Shown: positions 49,460 to 60,115 of the stretch, piece after piece
How the letters are laid out: the number at the start of each line of letters is the position of its first letter
Position numbering within the stretch: the first letter of the stretch is position 1
Origin: Sphaerodactylus townsendi
Taxonomy: Eukaryota
Length of the DNA: 64,000 bases
NCBI RefSeq assembly: GCF_021028975.2
Contig: NC_059436.1
Span: 29,760,001 to 29,824,000 of the forward strand
Direction of reading: 5' to 3'
Program-made: the position numbers and the translations under genes
The notes under the pieces: model-generated
What the model was told of the DNA's origin: nothing
What the model saw: the letters and a program-made list of their open reading frames with translations, nothing else
Database searches by the model: none

Positions 49460-52250
49460 AAGAGACTGACTCCGTAATAGAAACAACTGGTGGCTCTGAG
49501 GCTATATGGAGCATTGTAAATCCTTTGTTTACTTTAAAAAAATCTATCCAATCAAGTCAGTGCAAATGTCCGAAACAGTATTTATTTTTAATCATGAAAC
49601 TTTTGTCCACATTTTTTTAAAAACACACACACAACCGGAAATACTAGATGCTGGATATCTGCCAACTTTTGCCTTCTTTTCCTCTTTTGAGATGTGTTTC
49701 TTAAGATCCTTGTTTGAAACACAACTAATGCAGGGATTTCTGCCTCTTTTAGATTGGGGCAGAAAATTGCACAATATCAAACTTTTTTTTCCACTGAAGT
49801 AGCGTGCAGTTCTAGTTTTCATTCCTAGTATGATTTAAAAATGTGTATATGAAAGCAGTTAATACAAAAACCCACGCCAAAACTGTGTGAATTCTGAAGA
49901 TTTATTGTGATCTTCAGCTTGTGCACAATTCTGTTTTAAAGAGAGCCTATTGTATAAAGTGTCCATCTCCTCACTTTTGTTATACTGGGGTTCAAATATA
50001 ACTTATTGGTTTACATTATTTTGTATCTAGACATTTTTCAAAAAGTGGTTTTTTGCCTTACTGTCAGCTATTAAATTATTAAATGGGGGTGGGGGCAGGG
50101 AATTGATCAACAAAGTTAGTTGAGCAGGACGCTCTGATGGATCCAATTCTTCATGTTGTTAACTGTTTCGTTGTTAAACTTGAGAAGGTGCCTGGGAAAT
50201 CCCTGTTGGATTTGCTTCAAGATCTTTTATCTTCATTGATGAATTTCAGCCCAGTTTCAAATACTGCTAAAAATGTGACATTCTTATGAACCAGCTTTTT
50301 AAAAAAATTGTCAGTTTTTACATTTAACATGTATCCTTTCTCATGTAAACTATTTTAGCAAATTAATATTTTTCACAAAAGTTGTTCAACTTTTGTATGT
50401 CTCCTTCTTTGAAAGGGTAAAAAGGCAGAGCTCTTTGTGTGACTTATGAGTACAGTTGAAAACTTTGGTTCTTGCATGTGAATATCAGATACATTTAGTT
50501 TTTGAATACACAGGCCTCTTTTCAGAGACATGTAGAGAAGTCATCAGTCTTATTGTTAGCAGTTTTTTTCTCACATGGAGTAAGTTTGACTTCATTTCAG
50601 CATATACAAGGAGAGCTGTGGAATCTTTTAGCATTGTGTAAATCAGACCAGAGTACAAGAAATGCTCCAGTGAAGTCTGAAGGACCAGCCAGATAAATCA
50701 TTTTGAACTGTTAGAGGTCCAAAAACTGCCCAGATTTATCCTACCTCTTTTAGCCTTCAGAGTGCAACTCTCCTCCCCCCCCCCCCAAGAAAACCAGCCA
50801 CCCAACAACAAAAAGAAAACCCGTAGTTCAATATTTGTTTATATTAATTTTGGAGTACTGGCTATTTTTGTTCTGCCTCTGTTGCACTGAAGCAACTTAT
50901 AAAAGCCTGAGTGTTTTTTGTGGAAAGAAGTAATACTAAGACAAAGTGGGGGTTGACTTGGTGGCTGTTCTGCTTGTCTTGATTTCAACCCCCTTGTTTG
51001 TCTTTGAGAAATTTATTCATGAAAGAGGAATTTTGAGAAGGTGTTCTGAGAGTATACAAGGTTTTTTTTTATTATTTTGTAGTGGGTGGTGGAGAACAAG
51101 CGAGAAAGTGCAGCCTAGAATGAATGTAGAGAAAGTTTGTAATCCATGACTGTATTCACAACTGGCATTTAACAAAGAGCGAGAAGGGCCAGAAACGGCA
51201 TGACTATCTACAGAGTAATTCAGTACAGCTCTGCTTAAAATTTACAGCTCTGTAAAGAGCTGAACACAAATCTGTCAGAAAATAAACTAACCTTGTAGAC
51301 AAGACTGACCCCCAATTCAAAACAAAGTATATTGAAGAGACACGTTTAACTCTGTAGTGATGCCTGTTCAGATTTGCATAAATTTGTGGTTATCACCTCT
51401 GCCTGGACAATTCTTTCAAAAGAGGACATTTTAGTAGATCTGAGGTGAGTTTGATGCATTGGAATTTTCTGTATTTGTGTGTTTTCAGCAATAGAACTGC
51501 CCAGATTTGGTCTACTTAAATAAAATTCCTGTCACTAACATGGATTTAAGACACTTTTGCCCGGTTCTTAAAAAAAAATAAGGGGGAAAGCTTCTTGTAT
51601 CTTGTCAGTGCTGGTTTTTCTCTATTTTGAACACATAGGAAGAAATTTAAGACAGGTTCTCTTGTTAGCCACAATCAGACCTGTAATGCATCTCAAAAGA
51701 ATGAATCATTCAAAGCGGTAAAATAGTGATCTTAAAAATAAAGTTCTAAAGTGTTCTCAATTACATTTCAAAATTCTACTAAGAATGAACTGAGGCCCTC
51801 AAAGAATAGGTGTACTGCTTAGCTGGTATTCTGTACATAAGACAGAGGCTGAATCTTGCCAGATGTAATTCCAAAGTTCTTTTCTGTCTGCTGTAACCAG
51901 TTTATAGTAACCTGAAGGCAAATAAGTTGACAGTGGTTTGAGTCCATTTCTTCCTCACACAATCACCCTTGGTTCAAGCATGTGTACATGTGCCTGTGTG
52001 TTTACAAAGCGAGTTTTCTTGATGTGAAACTCATAAATGGAACGGTACCCCATATAGATAGTGAAGGAAAATGAAGCAATCTGGGGGGTTTAGTAGAGCC
52101 CATTTTTATGTTTGTATGAACATTAAACGCCTCATTTGAATTAATGTATTTTGATACTTTGTGTTTAGAAGTTCGAGTTCTTTACTACAGAAGCTGTGAC
52201 TTTTGAAAGCCATTGAGGGTGTAAATAAAAGATGTGAGCTTGCATATTTT
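49460..52250 (+). other. Probable long AU-rich 3' UTR of TIA1 with tandem poly(A) signals
   Basis: Repeat-poor, U-rich 2.8 kb; AATAAA at 51281, 51519, 51737 and 52224. Confidence 0.55.
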
Positions 52251-52554
52251 ACCCTTTGTTTACTTTACTACTAAGATTTCAGTACAGGTCAAGTCCTCAA
52301 TCAACAGTTATCTAGGCCCTAGGAGTTGGAGCGTGAATTTTGTAGAGCTACCCTGAACTATTCTACTGAGCTTGGTCATCATCTGTTGTAAATGTAACAA
52401 GTTGGCATGATCCCAGGGAATTGCATCTCATGTCTGCTAATGCTGGAGAAATTGTAGAGTTGCAAAGATGCTTGAAGGAGAGGCTACTACTGTACATGTT
52501 CTATAACAATGAATGCTTAACAAAAATCATGTGCTAAGCGCCAACGTGGAATTG

Positions 52555-52725
52555 TTGCCAGTGTGGCATGGTGATAAATTGTCAGACAAATTATCTGGGA
52601 GACCCAGTTATCCCCAATTGTGCTATGGTATGAACTCCACTAGTAACATTCTCTCAACCTAACCTACCTCACAGGGTTGTTGTGAGGATAAAATGGAGAG
52701 AAGAATTATGTAAAGGTGGGGTATT
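52555..52725 (+). mobile_element. Old MIR-like SINE
   Basis: CCTAACCTACCTCACAGGGTTGTTGTGAGGATAAAATGGAG core. Confidence 0.7.
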
Positions 52726-53019
52726 GAATGGTTGAAAGAAGTTTGCTTCTCAACCATGCCTCCAATTCAGAAGCATGTTACTTTGCAGTAGCTGCAGTGC
52801 TCGAGAACCCTTGGAAAGGACATTTTAAACTTGCACAAGACCAGAGTTTATTCAAATAGCATAGGGTAGGTAAAGGAGAAGCAGGGGAAAAGGTAAAGTA
52901 AAATAGTCGTGAGTAGACAAGTGGAGGAATAAATGCCTTAAGAGAGCTACAAATACCCAAACATCTCGATGAGGCCTGATTCGAAGGAGCCCAGCCCTGT
53001 TTCTTCCCACAGGATGACA

Positions 53020-53520
53020 AGCGTTCTACAACTCTCCAGCGATTCCTTCCACTTCCAGCATGGCCAGTTAAAGGGCTACAGAACTACGTTTCCCAGCATG
53101 CCGAGGCCTTGCGCTCATGGTTCGGACGGGCCAATCAAAAGTGTCGTTACAGACAGGGCTCGTACTCCGTTTGTAAGGAGCCATGGTGGAGGATCTACGC
53201 CGACTCCCCTCGCGGGCCGCCGGGCTGGAACCCGATGCTGACGAGGCCGCCCAGGTAAGGGCGATGCAGCAGGACCTCCGGCTTGGTCGGAAAGGGGAGG
53301 GGTCTTGCCGGAGGCCCGCAGCTGGAAGCGGCAGGAAATTACGTCAGGCCGCGTAGAGGCCTTTTAGTCCGCACCTATAACGTTCCCCGCCTTGGAGCGT
53401 TGCCAGGCGACCGAACCGGGTTTATAGCGTCATTTCATATCACGCACAAATATTTCTTCACGTCAGGCGTGAACTGCTGCCGTGACGCCGTATAAAACGT
53501 GGGCATCTGTTTCCGTCCCT
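53020..53520 (+). promoter_or_regulatory. CpG-island promoter and first exon of C2orf42
   Basis: ZNF143/SBS-type ACTACGTTTCCCAGCATGC (53083-53101), CCAAT (53131), strong donor CAG|gtaagg after 53254, CRE-like ACGTCA sites in intron 1. Confidence 0.8.
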
Positions 53521-54859
53521 GTGGGATGCTTGAGCCAGCATGAAATGGTCACTCGGGTGCCTCTGAGCGTGTGCAGAGTCCGACTGCATTGAAAGGACCC
53601 CTGAGAGGGGAAGCTGAGCTGCCTGCATTCGCACGGAGACTCACCACCGGTTTCCGGGCTGTGTGTTCCCCGTGTTTGGCAGGTGGCCAAATGGTTAATA
53701 TTCTGGGCTGGCCAGTGCAGTTCCAAGTGGACTAGGTTGCCACCTTTTTCCTGCCCTTGTTCCTGTGTATGTAATATCGCAAATGAAGGACTTACTGTCA
53801 CAAAATAAAATGAAGGTGAATTACTTAAATTCTATTAAAGGCACAGATCACGACCACTTAAAAAAGAGAGTCCCTGGTCATATTATAGACATGTGGGATA
53901 TACCATTCTATATTAAAGCTCAGTGACGTTTGTGTGTCTCTTGATACTTTAGTTATGCTTGTTGCAGTGGGCACTGTGGTTGTGCAAGTTCTTCATACAA
54001 TACTGGTTTGCCTTAATGATCTCAGGTTGAGGGGTTAAAATATTTATCAATAAACACTTATATCCAACTTACACAAACACTGTAGTGAACTGTGGGATGA
54101 TATAACAATTTATAATCAGAAATGCAAGACATTCTTTATAATGACAAGTAGACTGGAAAAAGTGGTATGAACATTGCCAGACATGTTTCACTTCTTCTAA
54201 ATGGAGAGAAGTTGGCTTTGGTAAGCATTGATCTAAGCAAATTCCTTCTCCAGTAGCTGCTACAGACTCCCAGAGAAACAGTGAGAAAGCAGACCCCCAC
54301 TTGTCTTTCAGAAGTAGCACTCATTCCCAAACTCCCAATATTCTCATGATCTCCTAGCACTCGCAATGACGGCTTGAGAAATCAGACATGAGTGTCAGCA
54401 TTCTGCGCATCTTGGTTATTGTGACTTCACTGGAGTGTTATAACACAGCATCTCAATGCAAAATGGCTTTGTTACATACTGCTGGCTTGACTGTCTGTGT
54501 TCTGGCTAGAATTCTGGGCGTGTTCATGGCATCATCAAATCTCATAATTTTTCTTACTATCCTCAGTTCTTGGGCTACTTAAAACAGACGTCTCGCACTG
54601 TACTCACGGCCTGTTGCCGTAACCTGACTGAATTGCTGGCAGTACTAGATAATGATACTCTGCTGTGTTTTGGGGAAGGGAGACATGAAGCTGGTATGTT
54701 TGTTACTGAACATCAGGTTGTTTAGGCTATCTTGTTCCTTGGATGCTTTTGCTAATTTGTTTGCACAACAACTCCGGGAGGAAGGACTTTTATTATTCCC
54801 ATTGTATCGATGGCAAACTGAGGATCTGATTACCATAATGGAGCAGCAGTGGCGTAGGA

Positions 54860-55165
54860 TGGAGCAGCAGTGGCGTAGGAGGTTAAGAGCTCGTGTATCT
54901 AATCTGGAGGAACCGGGTTTGATTCCCCACTCTGCCGCCTGAGCTGTGGAGGCTTATCTGGGGAATTCAGATTAGCCTGTACACTCCCACACACGCCAGC
55001 TGGGTGACCTTGGGCTAGTCACAGCTTCTCGGAGCTCTCTCAGCCCCACCTACCTCACAGGGTGTTTGTTGTGAAGGGGGAAGGGAAAGGAGATTGTAAG
55101 CCCCTTTGAGTCTCCTGCAGGAGAGAAAGGGGGGATATAAATCCAAACTCTTCTTCTTCTTCTTC
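54860..55165 (+). mobile_element. Young full-length tRNA-derived SINE (Squam3-like)
   Basis: A box TGGCGTAGGAGG, B box GGTTTGATTCC, MIR-like core, (TCT)n tail; CpGs intact. Confidence 0.9.
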
Positions 55166-56407
55166 TAATATAGGTTTTACTTTCTTTTCCCACACTTTTC
55201 TTGCTTGACATTAGGAATGAGCTTTTGAAGCAGTTCTCTTTAATCCAGTCCTCCTTGTGGGAAGGTTCAGTGTGGAACAGTTCTTCAAGTCTCAGACTGG
55301 AACTAGGTGAACCCGGGTTCAAATTCTCTCTCACCCTGACCTACATTACAGAGTTATTATGAGGTTAAATAGAGGAAGGAGAGGACAATGTTCTTCAAGC
55401 TGTACTCTTTGGAACTGATCGGCCACCTCAAAATTATTCCACCTCAAAATACAATGATTGTATGATCATCAGGCTGAGGATGTTTTGAACTCAGCTCAGA
55501 TGTTAACAGAGTTTGTTTGCTTTTTTTTTGGCACAGAATAATTCTTCTAACATATTTTCCTGGTCATGTTTTTATAATACAGGGATGCAGACCAAAATGG
55601 CTCAAATTATGTATTTTCAGAAGGTGGGAAATGTCAAACCTGCATCAGAGGGCAGCTATAGAGCATAATTTCTCTCTTTACTCCTCTCCTCAAAACCTTC
55701 CCTTTCCTAAACTGTTGTAGTTTGTTTTTCCACTGAATAAGTCTAAGGATGTGTAACTAGTACAACTGCTTGCTTTTATTACTTGCTTCTCTGGCCTTTT
55801 CCTACTTTCCTTTCAAGTTAGATTGCACATGTCTGAGGGCAGGGTGTCTTTCTCTTTTGCCATGCACGGTGATGGCGTTCTCTGTAAATAATGAGTTCCA
55901 GAGAAGCTTCCAAAATGGCACTGTGAAGATAATGCTTCTCCAGAGGTAGCCCACCCAAGAGGCAAGGTGAGGTGGCCTGCTGCCTCGAGCAGTGGACTTG
56001 TGCGCTTAAACAGCGAAAGAGTAGAAGAAAAATGCATCTGTTGCAGGGGGCACAATCTACTGGGAAATGTGGCATGCAAACCTCATTGAAATAAACGGGC
56101 TGCACAAGAATACCACCATGCACTTCATTTCAATGGGGCTTGTGCATCTCCTGTGCAGTGAGATGGGGTGGAGATGCCATTTGGAATGGCTTAGACTGGC
56201 CTCATGCATCTAGCTTTATTACTGGTACTTTTCTTCAGAAATCCTTAAAACCTGAGCAAGGAATAGAAACATTCAGGGAACAGCTTTGGAAGCTTTTTTG
56301 CCTGAACACTTGCCTAACTTGAAGTCCTTTGAAGGTCAAGCGGGTAGAGATTTAGAGTGATGAATCTTTTCACATCTTTCTGGGTTTTTCTGTAGGCTCT
56401 GTGAAAG

Positions 56408-57230
56408 ATGGAATCAAACCCTGTAAAGAATAAAGTCCCAGCTTTTCTGTCTGACCTGGGGAAAGCAACTCTAAGAGGCATAAGAAAATGCCCCCGCTGT
56501 GGCACCTACAACGGCACTCGTGGGCTAAGCTGCAAGAACAAGACTTGTGGCAACGTCTTCCGCTATGGTGCTTGGAAGCAGGCTGGTGTTGACGCGGTCA
56601 AAATTGTCACTGGCTCAGACCTGCAGGTCTACTCAGTGCGTCAGAGGGACAGGGGGTCGGATTATCGATGCTTCGTAGAGCTGGGAGTTTCAGAGACCAC
56701 CATCCAGACCGTAGATGGGACCATCATCACACAGCTCAGCTCTGGACGCTGCTACGTCCCATCCTGTTTGAAAGCTGCCACGCAAGGGGTGGTAGAAAAC
56801 CAATGCCAGCACATCAAACTGGCAGCAAATTGCCAGACTGAGGCCACTCCGCTGACCCTGAAAAGCTCTGTCTTAAACTCAATGCAGGCCTCGCCAGAGA
56901 TGAAGCAGACCCTCTGGCAGCTGGCCACAGAGCCCACAGGGCCTCTGGTCCAAAGGATTACCAAGAATGTTTTGGTGGTGAAGTGCAAAGCCAGCCAGAA
57001 ACACAACCTGGGCTATCTCCATGCCTCCTTTGCTCACAAAGCTGGCCCTAAGAACGTGATGGAGCACCGCTTTTTCTGCGCCTGCCAGTCCTTGAAAGCC
57101 GGCAAGGCCAGCTCAGCAAAAGCAGAGGTGGGACAAAAATGCATCCACTTCTTTGCCTGCATCAGTGCCTTTGGCAGTGACGATACTTTGGCGCAGGAGT
57201 TTGCGGATTTCCTCTGCTATGATACCAGTG
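56408..57230 (+). CDS. C2orf42: C2orf42 homolog, first coding exon (treble-clef-like Zn finger)
   Basis: [47 protein letters not shown]...; acceptor ends at 56395; donor AGTG|gtaggt gives the phase 1 needed by the next exon; 823 coding nt. Confidence 0.93.
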
Positions 57231-57683
57231 GTAGGTAAGGGAAGAGAAAAGGTGTGGGGCTGAGAGGTGGCCTGGACAAAGTATGGGTTGGCAGAATCCT
57301 CCGTCCAGGAGCATATGGAGAAAAATGAAAGGTTTTCCTTTCTCAGAGGAGTTTCCTCAGGCCTTAACTCTGGTACTTGTGGAATCATCGTGCAGAGCAA
57401 TTCTCTAGGAAGCCTGTACTCTTTTCCACCGAAAGATCTAAGTAGAATTGTTTTTACCTAACAGAACTGGGTAGGCACTAGGACCCACGTGGAGCATTCT
57501 AAAACAAGGATGGTCCAGCACATGGTAGACGAAATTACAATTCTACTTAGATCTTTCAGTGGAAAACAGTACAGTAATGTGCATGGAGGAGGGAAGCAGC
57601 AGAGCCCAAAATACATGTTGACCAATATGTTTAAAAGTATGCCATAATTTTCATAAAATAAAAACAAGTGTCTGTCAGTATCT

Positions 57684-57981
57684 GAGAGCCAGCGTGGTGT
57701 AGTGGTTAAGAGCAGGTGGATTCTAATCTGGAGAACCGGGTTTGATTCCCCACTCCTCCACCTGAGTGGCGGAGGCTTATCTGGTGAACCAGATGTGTTT
57801 CTGCACTCCTACACTTCCTACTTTGGGCTACTCATAGTTCTTTGGGACTCTCTCAGCCCCGCCTCCCTCACAAGGTGTCTGTGGGGGGTGGGGGGCGGAG
57901 AGGAAGGGAAAGGAGCTTGTAAGCCACCTTGAGTCTCCTTACAGGAGAGAAAGATGGGATATAAGTCCAAACTCTTCTTCT
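57684..57981 (+). mobile_element. tRNA-derived SINE (Squam3-like)
   Basis: GAGAGCCAGCGTGGTGTAGTGGTTAAGAGC head, B box GGTTTGATTCC, (TCT)n tail. Confidence 0.9.
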
Positions 57982-58070
57982 TTCCTGTGCCTTTCCACTC
58001 ATTGGGCAAAGCACTGAAAAGCAGGAACAAGCCCCCACACTGCCACAAAGTTGTCTGGGTAATTTTAGGC

Positions 58071-58266
58071 TAGGGTTGCCACCACCAAGTTTGGAAATTT
58101 GAGGAGATTAGGGGGTGAAGCCTAGGAAGGAAGTTCAGCAGGGTATAATCGCACATGGTCCACCCTTCAAAGCAGTCATTTTTGCCAGGGGAACTGATCT
58201 TTGTAATCTGGAGGTCATTTGTAATTCCAGAAGATCTCTACTCCCAAGTGGAGATTAGCAACCCTA
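58071..58266. mobile_element. hAT MITE (TAGGGTTGCC family) nested in an old MIR-like SINE
   Basis: TAGGGTTGCC...TAGCAACCCTA; degenerate TSD TTTTAGGC/CGTTGGGC; MIR-like core resumes at ~58290. Confidence 0.75.
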
Positions 58267-58598
58267 CGTTGGGCTGCTCTCTTGCTTTCAGTCTGTCCTA
58301 CCTCCTAGGGTTGTTGTGGGGATAAAAAGTGGAAGGGAAACCCAGATAAACTGTTCTGAGCTCCTTGGAGGAAGAGTGGGGTAAAAATGTACAGGGTAGA
58401 CAGATTGCTTCCTGAGCTGTTGGTTCAAATTATCCATGCATATCTTTGCAAATAAAATCCTGCCTGAAAAACATACTAAAAAATTAAAATTGGAAATTCA
58501 GCCTGGAAAATGCTTGTGGGAAAGTGACTCATATGGGTCTCTGCCCCTGTGGTTATAGCCCTGAAATTCTTCCACATGGAGCATAAATGAAGAGTGAT

Positions 58599-58784
58599 CA
58601 GAGGCGTAGCTCCAAGGGGACGGGGGTGGGCGCGATGCACCGGGGCGCGCCCCTGTGGGGGCATGGCGAGGGCATTCCGGGGGCATGGCGGGGTGTTCCC
58701 GGGTGGGATGGGGTGGATGTTGGCGTGGCAGGGGTGAAGGACACATCAGTGCACCGGGTGCTTTCCCCCCTTGCTACGCCTCTG
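58599..58784. mobile_element. G-rich hAT MITE
   Basis: TIRs CAGAGGCGTAGC / GCTACGCCTCTG; perfect 8-bp TSD AGAGTGAT. Confidence 0.92.
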
Positions 58785-58888
58785 AGAGTGATTCTCCTGC
58801 ATCTCAAAAACCTGATCGTTGTGTGATGATAAAATGCAGACATTTCTAAAACAGCCATTGTTTAGCCTCTTCTCTCTCCTGCCTCCAG

Positions 58889-58999
58889 GTCTGAAGCCAA
58901 TGATAGGAGCCCAGCTTGTTTGCCAGCCAGAAACTGCTCTGCACTCTGCACAGACTATTGCCCCCAAGGCAAAGAGGAGGAAGAAAGATGAAGTAGCGG
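58889..58999 (+). CDS. C2orf42: C2orf42 coding exon 2 (basic KAKRRKK, NLS-like)
   Basis: ctccag|(G)LKPMIGAQLVCQPE...PKAKRRKKDEVA + G|gtgagt; 111 nt. Confidence 0.92.
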
Positions 59000-59567
59000 G
59001 TGAGTGTCTTGCAGAGCGAGCCTGTGCAGCATTACTCCAACATAGCCTGCTGAAGTCAGTTGGACTTGCACTGTTACCAAAAAAGTGATGTCAGCTGACT
59101 GTAGGACAGGCAGTTTGTGAAGGAAACCAGAAGCCAGTGTATAAAGCCTGTTTTTATGGAGAAGCAGCACCCTATAATTCCTCAATGGTTTACTAGTTCT
59201 CAGATAAACACCCACATAGAAATATCAAACTGAGCAGATCTGTTGGTTTTTTAGTAGATAAGTTTCATTTTGAGTGACTTTTGCCACTGGGAAGGAGAAG
59301 GGCATTTTGTAAGAACGGGTAACTGTGTTAGGATTAGCACCTTGCAGTGATGTTTCCCTGAACAAGCTAATTCTCTCAAGCACGGATACAGGTTTGGTTT
59401 GGGTTTTTCCCTTTTTTTCCCCTCGCACTGATGGCCTTGTTGGCAGCATCCTGACGCCAGGGGACTGTCCGCCGTGCTTTGGATCCGTGCTCCTGCTAGT
59501 GCAGCTGGGCGGGGGGAAGCTGCTGGCCTAGACAATTTCTGAAGCTGTTTTCAAATTTGACTTTAAG

Positions 59568-59669
59568 GCACACAAGCAAGTAGTCCCCTCTCGTCTCAAG
59601 ATCTGGCAAACAGCAACCTGAGGAAGAGCAGCCTGAAGAAGCCGTCAGTTGCTTCTCTTAAAAAACAAG
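59568..59669 (+). CDS. C2orf42: C2orf42 coding exon 3
   Basis: tttaag|(G)TQASSPLSSQDLANSNLRKSSLKKPSVASLKKQ + G|gtaagt; 102 nt. Confidence 0.88.
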
Positions 59670-60010
59670 GTAAGTTTTAGCTTTATCTGGTGTTCCTCCT
59701 CATCCCCAGTGTCCTGGGAAGAAAAACACACTCTAAACGCAAAGTTGGGAATACGTCAGAGAGCAGATTCTGCAGGAGACCCTGCGCTTCACCTTCAATA
59801 TGCCACTTTTCAGGGTTTGTTTGTTTGTTTTTAAAGTTGAAAACTTGATCTAACCAATGTTTTAAGTATCTTTAGTGCTTTGTAGCCCAACCTGCCTGCA
59901 TTGTCCTTGGGTATGTTCACCTGGAAGTGGGGTGCAGGATGGAGGGGTCCATGTGTTTCTGTCCAGGTTTGAATGGTGAAGTTTCATGAAAACCTTTCCT
60001 TTTTTTGCAG

Positions 60011-60115
60011 CCAGCAATCAGGTGCTTGATGAGTCACAGGTGACCTTGTCCTTCCAGGAGTGGCTGGCCAGTGTCACTGAACGTATCCATCAAGCCATGC
60101 ATTATCAGTTTGATG
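60011..60115 (+). CDS. C2orf42: C2orf42 coding exon 4
   Basis: ttgcag|(A)[34 protein letters not shown] + G|gtaagt; 105 nt. Confidence 0.93.

Noticed and set aside
54860-54930. SINE heads as additional tRNA genes
   Set aside because: A/B boxes are present but there is no cloverleaf, and they continue into SINE body and tail.
59400-59567. Upstream alternative acceptor (ggcag ending ~59447) for C2orf42 coding exon 3
   Set aside because: Gives an immediate in-frame TGA; the acceptor at 59567 gives the intact protein and nothing else supports use of the upstream one.
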